A stretch of 62,988 nt of DNA, filler included, from Octopus bimaculoides (GCF_001194135.2; 5 parts of 5 records of this genome joined end to end with filler, not necessarily neighbours in it); one strand, 5' to 3'; positions 1-12,010 are shown, counted from the whole stretch's first letter. Numbers and translations: made by a program. The notes: generated by a model from the letters alone, not told the origin.

Positions 1-29
1 ATAATAAATAATATATGTGTGTGTATGTA

Positions 30-66
<37 letters not shown>

Positions 67-570
67 GTGTGTGTGTGTGTTTTTGCATATATGTATTTCC
101 TTTGCTGTAGATTTATTCAAGTTCTTTGCAGAAGTTAATCCAGTCACCAACGAATGTCGCAAACCATTTTTTTGTTTACGTGTGGAAACAGTTACACAGA
201 TTAAGAATATGTTAAAGACCTCGTAATATATGCGCACATATGTAGGCGTATATGTTTGTATATACTTGAACTCTTGTAACGAGTACACATAGCTCTTTTA
301 GTGTATATGTCTCATTATTTTTTTATGTCTATGTGTATCTGTGAGAGAGTGTATGCATGCTGTATACATACATTCGATTGTGTATATATAATCCTTCCAG
401 GAAACTCAATCAGATAACCTTTAGAATGTTTCACATATATTTACTGTTCTGCTGATCGACTGGGTTGCAAAGAAGCGTGTCAATTTTCCTTGTTCCTTCT
501 TGGAAAACCCCAGTGTATCCAGACCTTTACGCAAATCTGTTTTATCATACACTAGTGTGCCTATAATGAT

Positions 571-1074
571 TTCTACTAAAAGCACAAGGCCTGAAATTGT
601 GGGTATGTGAGGAGGGACTCGTCGATTACATTAAGCCCAGTGCTTCACTGGAGGCACATGGACTAGTGGTTAGAGCAGCAGATTCGCGGTCGAGAGATTG
701 CAGGTTCGAATTTCAGACCGGGCGATGTGTGTGTTTATGAGCGAAACCCATAAGCTCCCTGCGCCTCCAGCAAAAGGTAATGGCGAACTTCTGCTGACTC
801 TTTTGCCATGACTTCCTCTCACTCTTTCTTACTGCATTTAGCAGCTCACCCCAGGTGGGGAATCCGGCCCTTATGAGCCAGGCCTGGCTCGAGAAGGAAC
901 AAACAACAACAACAACAACAACAACAACAGTGTTCCACGGGTACTTAATTTATCGACCCGAAAGGATGAAAGGCAAAGTCGACCTCGGCGGAATTTGAAC
1001 CCAGAACGTAGCGACGGGCGAAATACTGCTAAGCATTTCGCCCGGCGTGCTAACGATTCTGCCAACTCGCCACC
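571..1074 (-). mobile_element. SINE group D (tRNA-like head), split by a nested SINE
   Basis: Head at ~1074 reads GGTGGCGAGTTGGCAGAATCGTTAGCACGCC on the minus strand, with B-box GGGTTCAAATTCC and central GGTCGACTTTGCCTTTCATCCTTTCGGGTCGATAAATTAAGTACC. The tail continues at 571-651 beyond the nested insertion. At least 8 related copies in the window. Confidence 0.85.
652..927 (+). mobile_element. SINE group A (tRNA-Arg-like head) with (AAC)n tail
   Basis: A-box TAGTGGTTAG, B-box GGTTCGAATTTC, (AAC)n tail 900-927, imperfect TSD CAGTGCTTCACTGG (638-651) / CAGTGTTCCACGGG (928-941). Confidence 0.85.
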
Positions 1075-1119
1075 CCAACAGGTACAAATGCAAATCTATA
1101 GATTGGATATAAAATGTCT

Positions 1120-1350
1120 AATATCTAGTTCTTGGTTAAACCCTTTGCCATCGATGACTTTTGTCCATCCACTGTTTTCGACCCTGGGCCGTCTTTTCTG
1201 CTCCTCTCCAGTTTGATCCCTACTTTACCAGCCCTATCGAAGTATCCCACCTCCAGTTATTTTAGGGTGTCCTCTCTTCCGCGTCCCTTGCGGGTTCCAG
1301 ATCAAAGCCCGGCAGGCAGTGCAAGGTGTTGGTTTCCTTAAGGCGTGGTC
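1120..1350 (-). mobile_element. RTE-like LINE, 3' end of ORF (decayed)
   Basis: Minus translation DHALRKP...ALIWNPQGTRKRGHPK, then after a frameshift WRWD...NW...EKTAQGRKQW. This matches the typical RTE-type C-terminus. Confidence 0.65.
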
Positions 1351-1440
1351 AATCTATCAGCCTCCTCGTCTCTCCCTCCCTCTCCTGCATCCTCCTCCTC
1401 CCTATCTTTCCCTTCATCTTCTCCCACTTCTCCATCCATC

Positions 1441-2575
1441 AACCTCCAGCTCTTCGGCTTCACATCCTCAGACATACGAGAGTTACTAACCATTATAGTC
1501 GGTAACACCTACTTTCAATACAACGGTGTGATTTACAAACAGATTTCCGGCCTACCTATGGGGTCTAGCCTTTCAGGTCTACTGGCCATCACATACATGG
1601 ATAAGTTAGAACGCACAGCACTCAACACCTGCCGCTCATGCATCTTCTTTTCCAGGTACGTTGATGACATCCTTATCCTCACGTTCTCCAGAGATGAGGC
1701 CATTAACATATACCGGACCGACAATAACACCGACATAAACACCAAATTCGAGATTGGACATCCAGACGAATCCGGAACCCTCTCTCTACTCGACTTCCAA
1801 CTCAAGATCACAGAGGAAGGCTCCGTATTTACCAAATTCTATAGAAAAGCCGCTCATAGCAAACTTTTCGTCCACTCCCAATCAGCCTTGCCGCCGCATA
1901 CATGAGAAACGAGATTGCACGTATAAACAGCAATTACGGCAACGTGACCGACAAAGCCGTCTACACCAAACAGTTCCTCAGAGCTCTAACCCTGAATGGC
2001 TACCCACCATCTTTAACAAAACAACGGCGCCGGAAGAACATCAAGGTCAATAAACCCCGGAAGAACCAGCATACTCCCAAGTCTGGCACGTGCTTCCTAA
2101 AGCTACCACACTTTGACGACAGAACTACTGCAGCGATACAACACGCAGTCCGCAGAGAAGGACTCGACATACAGATAGTGCACACCGGCCCTTCCCTGAG
2201 AAAAGCTCTGTCCAAGAACAACACCTCTCTCTACTCTGAGGAGTGCACATTGTCGAACTGCCCCATCAATGACCGTGAATTGTGCCAGAGGGCCTATGTT
2301 GTATACGAGATCATCTGTGGCAAATGTGACGCATGCTACATCGGAAGCACGACATGAAAACTGCATATACGCATTAAGGAACACATGCAGGCAGACACTT
2401 CCATGAAGAAACATCTACGGAAATACTAGACCGGAAGTTCACAGTGCACATCAAGGCAACGCTGCGGAACAGGGGCAACTTTAGAATTTCTGAGGCTATC
2501 CTCATACACCAAAAGAAACCCAAAATCAATAATAGAAGGGAGTTGCAGGAAGCTAGCTGTTTGCTATAGCAACAC
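1441..2575 (+). mobile_element. Penelope-like retroelement, RT C-terminal half plus GIY-YIG endonuclease (pseudogenised)
   Basis: GLPMGS, RYVDD, LSLLD, YRK motifs in ORF 1345-1905. After a frameshift: VVYEIICGKCDACYIGSTT*KLHIRIKEH. Ends at a gap. Confidence 0.92.
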
Positions 2576-3226
2576 NNNNNNNNNNNNNNNNNNNNNNNNN
2601 NNNNNNNNNNNNNNNNNNNNNNNNNNNNNNNNNNNNNNNNNNNNNNNNNNNNNNNNNNNNNNNNNNNNNNNNNNNNNNNNNNNNNNNNNNNNNNNNNNNN
2701 NNNNNNNNNNNNNNNNNNNNNNNNNNNNNNNNNNNNNNNNNNNNNNNNNNNNNNNNNNNNNNNNNNNNNNNNNNNNNNNNNNNNNNNNNNNNNNNNNNNN
2801 NNNNNNNNNNNNNNNNNNNNNNNNNNNNNNNNNNNNNNNNNNNNNNNNNNNNNNNNNNNNNNNNNNNNNNNNNNNNNNNNNNNNNNNNNNNNNNNNNNNN
2901 NNNNNNNNNNNNNNNNNNNNNNNNNNNNNNNNNNNNNNNNNNNNNNNNNNNNNNNNNNNNNNNNNNNNNNNNNNNNNNNNNNNNNNNNNNNNNNNNNNNN
3001 NNNNNNNNNNNNNNNNNNNNNNNNNNNNNNNNNNNNNNNNNNNNNNNNNNNNNNNNNNNNNNNNNNNNNNNNNNNNNNNNNNNNNNNNNNNNNNNNNNNN
3101 NNNNNNNNNNNNNNNNNNNNNNNNNNNNNNNNNNNNNNNNNNNNNNNNNNNNNNNNNNNNNNNNNNNNNNNNNNNNNNNNNNNNNNNNNNNNNNNNNNNN
3201 NNNNNNNNNNNNNNNNNNNNNNNNNN

Positions 3227-3258
<32 letters not shown>

Positions 3259-3354
3259 ACATATATATATATATATATATGCGTGTGTGTGTACACAAAT
3301 ATGTATACACACATATGTATATATATTCATACATACATACATACATACATGTAT

Positions 3355-3475
3355 GCAAAAAATACGTTGTTGATGTTGAAATTCCAATGAAGGGGCCTTG
3401 GATTTAGGTTAGAAACCGGTTCTTTCTCTATTAGCAAGAAATCTAGAAATAAAACCGAATAATAACATACATATC
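3355..3475 (+). mobile_element. 3' terminal fragment of the R4-like family also seen at 48325-49030
   Basis: GTTGATGTTGAAATTCCAATGAAG...AGAAACCGGTTCTTTCTCTATTAGCAAGAAATCT is the reverse complement of 48330-48430 and 48475-48580. Flanked by (TACA)n. Confidence 0.7.
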
Positions 3476-4454
3476 ATTCCGAATGTTCTCTTTACACACA
3501 CACACACATATAAATACAAATACACACACGCGCCTAGTATTTGTAATAAATAACTACAATAGGTTTTTAAAAAATTCTAATCAGATAATAAAATGAAAAT
3601 ATTTACTGAAACCATATCGAATGAAATTATCTATTAAAGGGATCTATTTCGGGAAATTATGCAACAGATGATACTGTGATTTTTTTTATCTCTCATTGAA
3701 TGCAGACGATAAAATGATCTGATGATGGAAACCATTTAAAATATTTTTCAATGAATGCAGACGACAAAGCGATTTATTCATCTATAAACGGAACGAATGA
3801 AACAAAAGACATTGATTTTCAATGATGAAGCAGCTGCCATATTTTGTTGCCAGTTATTTTCACAAAATACGGTACCATATAGACATGCATTGCTTAAATA
3901 CACTTACATAAAGAAACACATTCTTCCCTTATTTAAATATGTCTATTTTTTGTTCCTTTTTTCTCAGAAAAAATTAAAAGCATTTAAAAAAAATTAAAAG
4001 TACGTTTAAAATTAGAAACCTTTGTTATTTTACAATGACAATGTATTTTTTATGGCCATGGCAGAGTCAGAAAATCAGATTTATATGTTATTTTAAAGTA
4101 CATCAAGTTTTGGAACTTACTTTTCTGAGTTCAAATCCCGACGGGATCAATGATATGCCAACGATTCCAACAGGTTGTTTCTTCGTTTGGTGAGGCTATT
4201 TGTACTAAATGTGCTTTGTGTGGTATATTTACGGGCCGTTTTTCCTGCTCTGTCTTTTTTTTTAATTTACATTGCCATAGAGTCGTACGACCGACTACCT
4301 GTCGAATCATTGTGCACTACTTAATATCACGCATAAAGGAACCAAAATTGTACTGCCTCGGCACACGGGTGTCTAACCGCAAAGCACACACACACACACA
4401 TACATGTATATATACATACATATATACATACATATTCATATATACTAACATATT

Positions 4455-4497
<43 letters not shown>

Positions 4498-4842
4498 AAC
4501 ATCAAACTGCAGGTGACTAAAACTACCAAATGGTTTGAAACCTTACCGTATTTTCGACAGGTAAACTGAGGGCCACAAGTATTTTGCACTTTAGCTTGCA
4601 CTCTTTATCTAAGTANNNNNNNNNNNNNNNNNNNNNNNNNNNNNNNNNNNNNNNNNNNNNNNNNNNNNNNNNNNNNNNNNNNNNNNNNNNNNNNNNNNNN
4701 NNNNNNNNNNNNNNNNNNNNNNNNNNNNNNNNNNNNNNNNNNNNNNNNNNNNNNNNNNNNNNNNNNNNNNNNNNNNNNNNNNNNNNNNNNNNNNNNNNNN
4801 NNNNNNNNNNNNNNNNNNNNNNNNNNNNNNNNNNNNNNNNNN

Positions 4843-5410
4843 ATATGACCTTTGGGGGTCCTTATGACCCTTGAGGGAGGGGCTATACAAGATTTTATTG
4901 TCAAAATTTATGAGCAATAAACTGATCATTCTTCTTCAATACACAAAATATTTTAAGTTTTTAAAATACAATTCCAAATAATATTTAATTACAAAAATAT
5001 GAAGCAGCGATACGGATGTACCGACACACACGAGAATGAGACATGGCCGACCTCACGCACTTCTCGTGAGGAATTCCGGAAAGAGCTTCGTGAGACCACT
5101 GCTGAGACACTTCCGGAAAAAAAAAGCCGTTGGAAAACCGATTATAGCAGCGACTCCATCAATTCCTAAGGATATCAGAAGAAGGGATTTTTATTCTGAA
5201 ATATATCAGACTATGGATGGTTAAATCACAACAGTCATTATAGTCCATTTTTTGTATTATAGTGCATTGCTGTATCAGTCAAAACATTTTATTCTTTATA
5301 AAAATATGATAACAGGATTTTTAAAACCTTGAACAGCTTTGAAGGTCCCCCCACCCCCGTCGGGTAAAATAAGATTCAAAGGGGTCCATAGGCAAAAAAA
5401 AAATATGGTT
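4843..5410. mobile_element. Possible non-autonomous DNA element (left end lost in gap)
   Basis: GGGGGTCC-type blocks near both ends. TIR and TSD cannot be verified because of the gap. Confidence 0.25.
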
Positions 5411-5604
5411 GAATATCATTGGTCTCGACTAATCTTCTCCAAGACAACTCTGATCTTGCATGAAAAACCATAACAGCAGACCTCAAAGAGGTCTGTATGC
5501 CATCTTTTGACAAGAGCTTCATTAAGCAAGCCCTTTTATTTGGTTCCCTTCAGTTGGGGGTTACCATCTGCTAAATATTAATCTTGGGGAAATGTTTCTC
5601 ACGT

Positions 5605-5710
5605 ATAGATATTCTAGGCACGGTCATGGTTGTGTGGTCAAGAAGCTCGCTTAGCAACCACATGGTTTCAGTTTCAGTCACACTGCATGGCACCTTGGGC
5701 AAGCGTCTTC
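5605..5710 (+). mobile_element. SINE group B, head only
   Basis: TGGTTGTGTGGTCAAGAAGC...CACCTTGGGCAAGCGTCTTC matches the head of the full copy at 27875-28275. Confidence 0.75.
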
Positions 5711-5860
5711 AGTTTCCGTCTAACAAATCTACCAAATCCACTCACAAGGCTTCGGTCTGCCCGATGCTATTGTAGACGACACTTGCCCAAGGTGCCACGC
5801 AGTGGGACTGAACCCGGAGTCATGTGGTTGGGGAGGAAGCTTCTTACCACACAGCCACGA
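5711..5860 (-). mobile_element. SINE group B, 5' part
   Basis: CTACCAAATCCACTCACAAGGC...CTTACCACACAGCCAC on +. Confidence 0.85.
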
Positions 5861-5861
5861 C

Positions 5862-6410
5862 TCCCCCTCGTACTTCCTTCTGTTACTACTATATTCCTCT
5901 CTTTCGTTGCTCACCTATTCTTCTACTTCCTCCCTTTGTTTCTCCCTCTACCACTCTCTCTCTCTCTCCCTTACCCCTGCATGGTCACATGCTTCCGGTC
6001 AATAATCCTTTTCTTCCTTGGCTATCGCCGAGCAAACACGCGAACTTACTTCGTCCCCACTTTCAAGTTCGTGCCTCACAGCGTTCATATACACAATTTT
6101 TCACGTCTGGCCGCATGGCCTTTTCCGTTTGTTTTCCTGTCTTGTTTTTTGTCCGCCACTACATTCCTCCATGGCACAGGTTTAATTTGTGTATACAAAT
6201 TTAATTTGCGGTCCATGGGAAGAGCCGTTTTAACGATGCGTCCTGCCCAACTCTTCGAAACGCAGTTGTTAAAAACGGGGGTAGCTGATGAAGGAAAATG
6301 TTCTCTATGTGGCTTGTGTATTTTCTGTACTCTGGTTATTATTTCTTGTCTACGTTTTGTTTGCAATGTCCTGTACCCAGATATGCACCTATATATACAG
6401 GTAGACGTAG
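5862..6410 (+). mobile_element. Unclassified interspersed repeat, probably Penelope-terminal type
   Basis: 5862-6175 is highly similar to the reverse complement of 50230-50545. Contains the CTTCCGGTCA block also seen in the hammerhead-bearing elements. Confidence 0.5.
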
Positions 6411-6483
6411 GTATGCGCACACCTGTACGTATATATGCATATACTCATTTATTATTTGTTTATATATATATATGTATATATAA

Positions 6484-6640
6484 CGGGTTTCTTTCAGTTT
6501 CCGTCTACCAAATTCACTCACAAGGCTTTGGTCGGCCCGAGGCTGTAGCAAAAGACACTTACCCAAGGTGCCACACAGTGGGATTGAACCCGGAACCATG
6601 AGGTTGGGAAGCAAGCTTCTTACCACACAGCCACACCTAC
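6484..6640 (-). mobile_element. SINE group B, 5' part
   Basis: Match to 28125-28275. Confidence 0.88.
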
Positions 6641-7282
6641 GGCTATGTATATTAGCTATTTACCAAGTAAATAATTCACATGCTAAAATATAAAACATAC
6701 CCGTTTTTCCCTCCATGCTTATTAACACATTCAAATACTGATTTAAATTGTCAATTTTATTGTCTTTTCATGACAAGACATCGCTTAGTCTATTTTTTTC
6801 TTTTGAGTACCCGGCGAGGTACTGTTTGTTAATAAAAACCTTGTTGTTGAACCTCGAGAATTTTGCAGTGAAGCTTCGTCTACCTTATCATTTGTTTGTT
6901 TCACATTAATGCACGCATTTAACCCACTTAACACCTTGATGTGTACCGAGTGGTTCGGTTAACCTTGTTAAAATATAACATTTAACAATGCACTTATGAG
7001 AATTGGGGCCTTTAAATGCAGTCGATGACTGAGGATATAGTCTTTTGTGGTCCACAGTACCAAGACTGCGTTGAATGATATTTATGTGTTTTTTAGTGTT
7101 ATTTATTTATTTCATGTCACGATGTGTAAGCAAAAACGTTTTTGCTAATAGGTTTCCAACGGTTTCAGACAGTCTAAGATAAATATCTTATCTTCTTGTG
7201 TCTTGGGAGGGTCATTAGATCAGCATCGTGGTTGCTGGTTCAGTCCTGCTGTCTTCTACTATAACACCGAGCCAACCATTGC

Positions 7283-7748
7283 ACACACATACACATACAT
7301 ACGTACACACATACATACGTACACACACATACATACGTACATACATGCATATATACACACACATACATGCATACCTACATACGCATGCACATACGTACAT
7401 ACACACACATACATACATAATACATACATACACACATACATACATACATTCATGCATACGTACATACATACGTACGTACATACATACGTACGTACATACA
7501 TACATACATACATGTGTTAACTACATCCCAAAGATGGAGCCACGTATCTTTGTTGGAAACTGGCTCCCTCCTCAGTGGAAGATTTATAATAATTAAAAAA
7601 CAGAAGACACATACATACATACATACATGTATGCATACATACATACATACATACATACATACACACACACATATACATGCGTACATGCATACATACACGC
7701 ACATACATTCAGACTTATACACATACGTACATACATACATACATACAT

Positions 7749-7788
<40 letters not shown>

Positions 7789-7790
7789 CC
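7283..7790. repeat. (TACA)n/(CA)n microsatellite field
   Basis: Directly visible. Two arrays separated by ~95 unique bases. Confidence 0.95.
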
Positions 7791-7811
7791 ACGCGCATAT
7801 ATATTATCTTT

Positions 7812-8030
7812 AACTTTTTACTTGTTTCAGTCATCATATTGCGACCAAGCTGGGGCACCGCCTTGAAGAATTTTGTGGAATACATCGACACCAGTACTTT
7901 TCTTTTAAGCCCGAAACTTACTCAATCGGACCCTTTTGCCGAAATGCTAAGTTGCGGAAACATAAACACACCAATGCCGGTTGTCAAGCGGTGCTGGTGG
8001 ACAAACAGAAAAACACATATACACACACAT
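7812..8030 (-). mobile_element. SINE group B, 3' part (diverged)
   Basis: TTTTACTTGTTTCAGTC...TTTTGCCGAA...GGTTGTCAAGCG, as in 27875-28070. Confidence 0.75.
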
Positions 8031-8119
8031 ATTTACGTATACATACATTCGTACATAATACATACATACATGCACATGCAACCACACACACATACACATA
8101 TACGCGCGCGCACACACGC

Positions 8120-8365
8120 ATTTACTCTTCCTTCCTACTTCCGGTTACTAACTTCAAAAATGTAACAGCACGTGACTGTTAGCGAGTTTTTCCTCTTCTT
8201 GGACTTTCCTGTTTCTTTCTGTTTCTGAAGAGGAGCTATGCTCGAAACGTAAAACTACTACTCTTTTCCTTCTCTGAGCGTCTTATTAATACGTTGGCTG
8301 TGCTACGTCCAAACGTTTGTTTGCTTTTTCTTTTTTCTCTGTTCTTTTTTTTTAATTGGTGTTTT
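8120..8365 (+). mobile_element. Short Penelope-terminal-like element carrying a hammerhead motif
   Basis: CTTCCGGTTA block, hammerhead at 8221-8255, T-rich 3' part, flanked by CA/TA microsatellites. Confidence 0.6.
8221..8255 (+). ncRNA. Minimal type I hammerhead ribozyme motif
   Basis: GTTT CTGAAGA G GAGC-TAT-GCTC GAA ACGT A AAAC: stem I GTTT/AAAC, intact core, stem II, loop-less palindromic stem III ACGT, GUA cleavage triplet. Confidence 0.75.
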
Positions 8366-8515
8366 ATATATATATATATATATATATAAACACATGTAAC
8401 ATGGTATAATTATAAACAGGGAAAATTTTAGCCATTTCTCCGCAGACTGAAAAAATGATGAACAACCTTAATTGATTTTCGAACCTTATTGGCTTCTCAT
8501 CAGAGGCGTTTACAT

Positions 8516-8553
<38 letters not shown>

Positions 8554-9808
8554 CACACACATACACATGCCGGGCTTGTTTCAGTTTCNNNNNNNNNNNN
8601 NNNNNNNNNNNNNNNNNNNNNNNNNNNNNNNNNNNNNNNNNNNNNNNNNNNNNNNNNNNNNNNNNNNNNNNNNNNNNNNNNNNNNNNNNNNNNNNNNNNN
8701 NNNNNNNNNNNNNNNNNNNNNNNNNNNNNNNNNNNNNNNNNNNNNNNNNNNNNNNNNNNNNNNNNNNNNNNNNNNNNNNNNNNNNNNNNNNNNNNNNNNN
8801 NNNNNNNNNNNNNNNNNNNNNNNNNNNNNNNNNNNNNNNNNNNNNNNNNNNNNNNNNNNNNNNNNNNNNNNNNNNNNNNNNNNNNNNNNNNNNNNNNNNN
8901 NNNNNNNNNNNNNNNNNNNNNNNNNNNNNNNNNNNNNNNNNNNNNNNNNNNNNNNNNNNNNNNNNNNNNNNNNNNNNNNNNNNNNNNNNNNNNNNNNNNN
9001 NNNNNNNNNNNNNNNNNNNNNNNNNNNNNNNNNNNNNNNNNNNNNNNNNNNNNNNNNNNNNNNNNNNNNNNNNNNNNNNNNNNNNNNNNNNNNNNNNNNN
9101 NNNNNNNNNNNNNNNNNNNNNNNNNNNNNNNNNNNNNNNNNNNNNNNNNNNNNNNNNNNNNNNNNNNNNNNNNNNNNNNNNNNNNNNNNNNNNNNNNNNN
9201 NNNNNNNNNNNNNNNNNNNNNNNNNNNNNNNNNNNNNNNNNNNNNNNNNNNNNNNNNNNNNNNNNNNNNNNNNNNNNNNNNNNNNNNNNNNNNNNNNNNN
9301 NNNNNNNNNNNNNNNNNNNNNNNNNNNNNNNNNNNNNNNNNNNNNNNNNNNNNNNNNNNNNNNNNNNNNNNNNNNNNNNNNNNNNNNNNNNNNNNNNNNN
9401 NNNNNNNNNNNNNNNNNNNNNNNNNNNNNNNNNNNNNNNNNNNNNNNNNNNNNNNNNNNNNNNNNNNNNNNNNTTACATTCTTAAGGTAATGGTATGTTT
9501 TGTTAACAAATCTTTAAAGTTGGGTTGTTATCTAAGCCGAATACGGTGCAATTGCATTCAGTGGTTGCGTTGCTACGTTTTTAAAGCTGTCGAAAGTCAT
9601 TGGATCCTTCGCGATTGTCGTCTGTTGTTTCCAAGATTCGTTTTTAGATTTCAGCATTTGTTTCCAAGGATGGCTTTTTTTTACCATCGGTTCCGGTGGT
9701 CTCGAAAGCTACGGGTAGGAACTTATTGACGTATTTGAGGGGATTTTGTTGTTTTACCTACATCTCTCTCTCTCTCTCTCCTTCCTCTCTCTCTCCTTTC
9801 TCTCTCTC

Positions 9809-9847
<39 letters not shown>

Positions 9848-9869
9848 TTCTCTCTCTCCTTTCTCCCTG

Positions 9870-9920
<51 letters not shown>

Positions 9921-10074
9921 NNNNNNNNNNNNNNNNNNNNNNNNNNNNNNNNNNNNNNNNNNNNNGTGTGTGTGTGTGTGTCTAACAAGTGTCCCTAGTC
10001 AATTTTGATGTGTTAAATGTCGCTTTGTTATATTTTATGGTTTGCAAACAAAACGTTGAGGACCCAATATATGT

Positions 10075-10145
10075 ATTCCTTTATTCCTTTATTCCTTTAT
10101 TCGTTTCAGTCCAATGACTGTGGTCATGCTGGAACACCGCCTTTA
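10075..10145 (-). mobile_element. SINE group B, 3' tail
   Basis: GTTTCAGTCCAATGACTGTGGTCATGCTGGAACACCGCCTTTA. Confidence 0.7.
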
Positions 10146-10159
10146 ATAAGACATAAGAA

Positions 10160-10800
10160 AATTATTGTTTTAAAATTTGAGATTACATAGACAGTATTTT
10201 ACGTAGGATATCGGCAGTTCCCATGAGCCCTATCTTTTGAATTTCTGCTATTTTGGGATTTCCTGGTATCTAAGCTAGATAGCAACCAGCCCCTTTTACT
10301 ATCATTCCTAGGGCACCTATAACAACTAGTATTGATTTAGTCTTGAGGTTCCACATTTTGCCAATTTCTATTTCAAGATCTTTATACGTGCTCAGTTTTT
10401 GGTAGGTCTTGACAGATACGTTTATATCGATTGGGACAGTCATATCAATGAGGAGGCATGATTTTTGTCTGAAGTCTTTCAGTATGATATGATGCCTGGC
10501 CTATTCGCATCGATCTTTCTATCAGTTTGAACGGTGAAGTTCCAAAGGAGTGAGATGTGGTCATTTTCAAGCACTGGAGGTGGTTTGTGTTCCCACCAGT
10601 TTTTATCATAGGGCAGGTCCAGGTTTTTGCAAATCACCCAGTGAATATATTGTGCTGTTCTATCATGCCTGTTGAGATACTCTGTTGGCGAAAGAAGACT
10701 GCACATGGAGACAACATGATCAACGGTTTCATTTTGTTGTTTACATACTCGACATGTTGGGCTACTGCCGTTCTTTAATATGTTGGGCTGGTAGTTCCCT
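10160..10800 (-). mobile_element. R4/Dong-clade non-LTR retrotransposon, 5'-truncated (CCHC knuckle plus restriction-like endonuclease)
   Basis: CRVCKQQNETVDHVVSMC, RHDRTAQYIHW, TDRKIDANRPG, LVVIGALG, LMGTADILRKILSM*. Abuts (TAA)n. Confidence 0.9.
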
Positions 10801-10801
<1 letters not shown>

Positions 10802-10843
<42 letters not shown>

Positions 10844-10844
10844 G

Positions 10845-10882
<38 letters not shown>

Positions 10883-10886
10883 CATT

Positions 10887-10946
<60 letters not shown>
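10802..10946. repeat. (TAT)n/(TAA)n microsatellite
   Basis: Directly visible. Confidence 0.97.
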
Positions 10947-11317
10947 TCGTTATCTAGGAAGAACAGGCAACGTCTACGACTTTTCCATATCTGTCTCACA
11001 AATTGGTGAAATCGCTAATACGGTTGGATTTCTGAAGTTCAGTTGTGACACGATTACTTTAACCGTTTGGTGCGTTCATCATTCGCCATTTTGGGAAAAA
11101 TAAAAACCTTGTGAAACACTCCGAGGATCAGTAGAAAAAGAAAAAAAATCCTCCTTGTTCAAAATAGCACGCTTTCTTGAAACACTTTGATGTCACATCC
11201 ACAACTTCGCCATTAACATCATCCAGCATTTTGCACCTCCAAGATAGAAGAATTCTCTTTCCCATTTGTTTTCGTTTTATTTTCTCCGGTCACTAATAAA
11301 AAAATATATCTGACAAA

Positions 11318-11654
11318 ATGTGCGCCACCGGTTATTTCCACCAAGTTTCCATGGCTCGTTACACGTTACTGCATAATAATAACAAGAACAATAAGAAGAT
11401 ATATGGTAGCGCAGACGATTTCACTGAAGATAGAGATGGAAGCAGAGGAAGAATCAATGAGTTGGTCCATCAAGTTAATTTGGTGGTTACCGGTGAACCT
11501 GAGACGGGGAAAACTTCATTGATAGATAAATTCGAGAAGAAAAACTGCGTTTTGTACCACCGAGGTGAACTCAGCCATAATATGTTGCCGAGAAGGACAG
11601 ATAAAGATGCAAAACGATGGCAGAGAATTCTTCTCCGTCTGAAGGACACCAGCA
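11318..11654 (+). CDS. Divergent Ras/Rab-like small-GTPase-fold protein, coding exon 1
   Basis: Open frame with VNLVVTGEPETGKTSLIDKF (beta1 plus P-loop) and ILLRLKDTS (beta3/G3 position), ending at a phase-1 donor A|GTAAGT (11655). Start could be ATG 11318 or 11351. Confidence 0.8.
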
Positions 11655-11682
11655 GTAAGTGCTTTATCAAAATCAATTCCTT

Positions 11683-11722
<40 letters not shown>

Positions 11723-11784
11723 CCACCATCATTATCATCATCGTCATCGTCGTCGTCGTCGTCATCATCATCAGCATCATTATA

Positions 11785-12010
11785 AGGAAATTGATGGTGG
11801 AGAGAGAAGTGCTGTCCTCGAGTGAGTTTATTGAAAGTTGCGAAAATGGCCAGAGTGGATGGCACCTCTCTGAGTGTAGACCTGTGAGCCGGAGAGAAGG
11901 AATTGGAGAGAGCACTTGCTCCTGGGGTTTCAGAGAAATCTCGGACAGTGGGGTTCCTCGATTATCCCTAAAGGTCATTCTGGATCAGAAAGACTACATT
12001 TCTATCATCT
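11785..12010 (-). mobile_element. Possible CR1/L2 LINE 3' remnant in intron 1
   Basis: Fragmented minus translation (RGTPL...NSFS...PSTLAIFATFNKL) loosely resembles CR1/L2 C-termini. Confidence 0.3.

Noticed and set aside
652-725. tRNA gene-like sequences here and at 14503, 51950, 54665 and 57700
   Set aside because: These are SINE heads. The acceptor stem is not closed and each continues into a shared repeat body.
6205-6300. GAAAC followed by CTGATGA as a type II hammerhead
   Set aside because: No stem I hairpin between the putative cleavage site and the core, and stem II pairing is weak.
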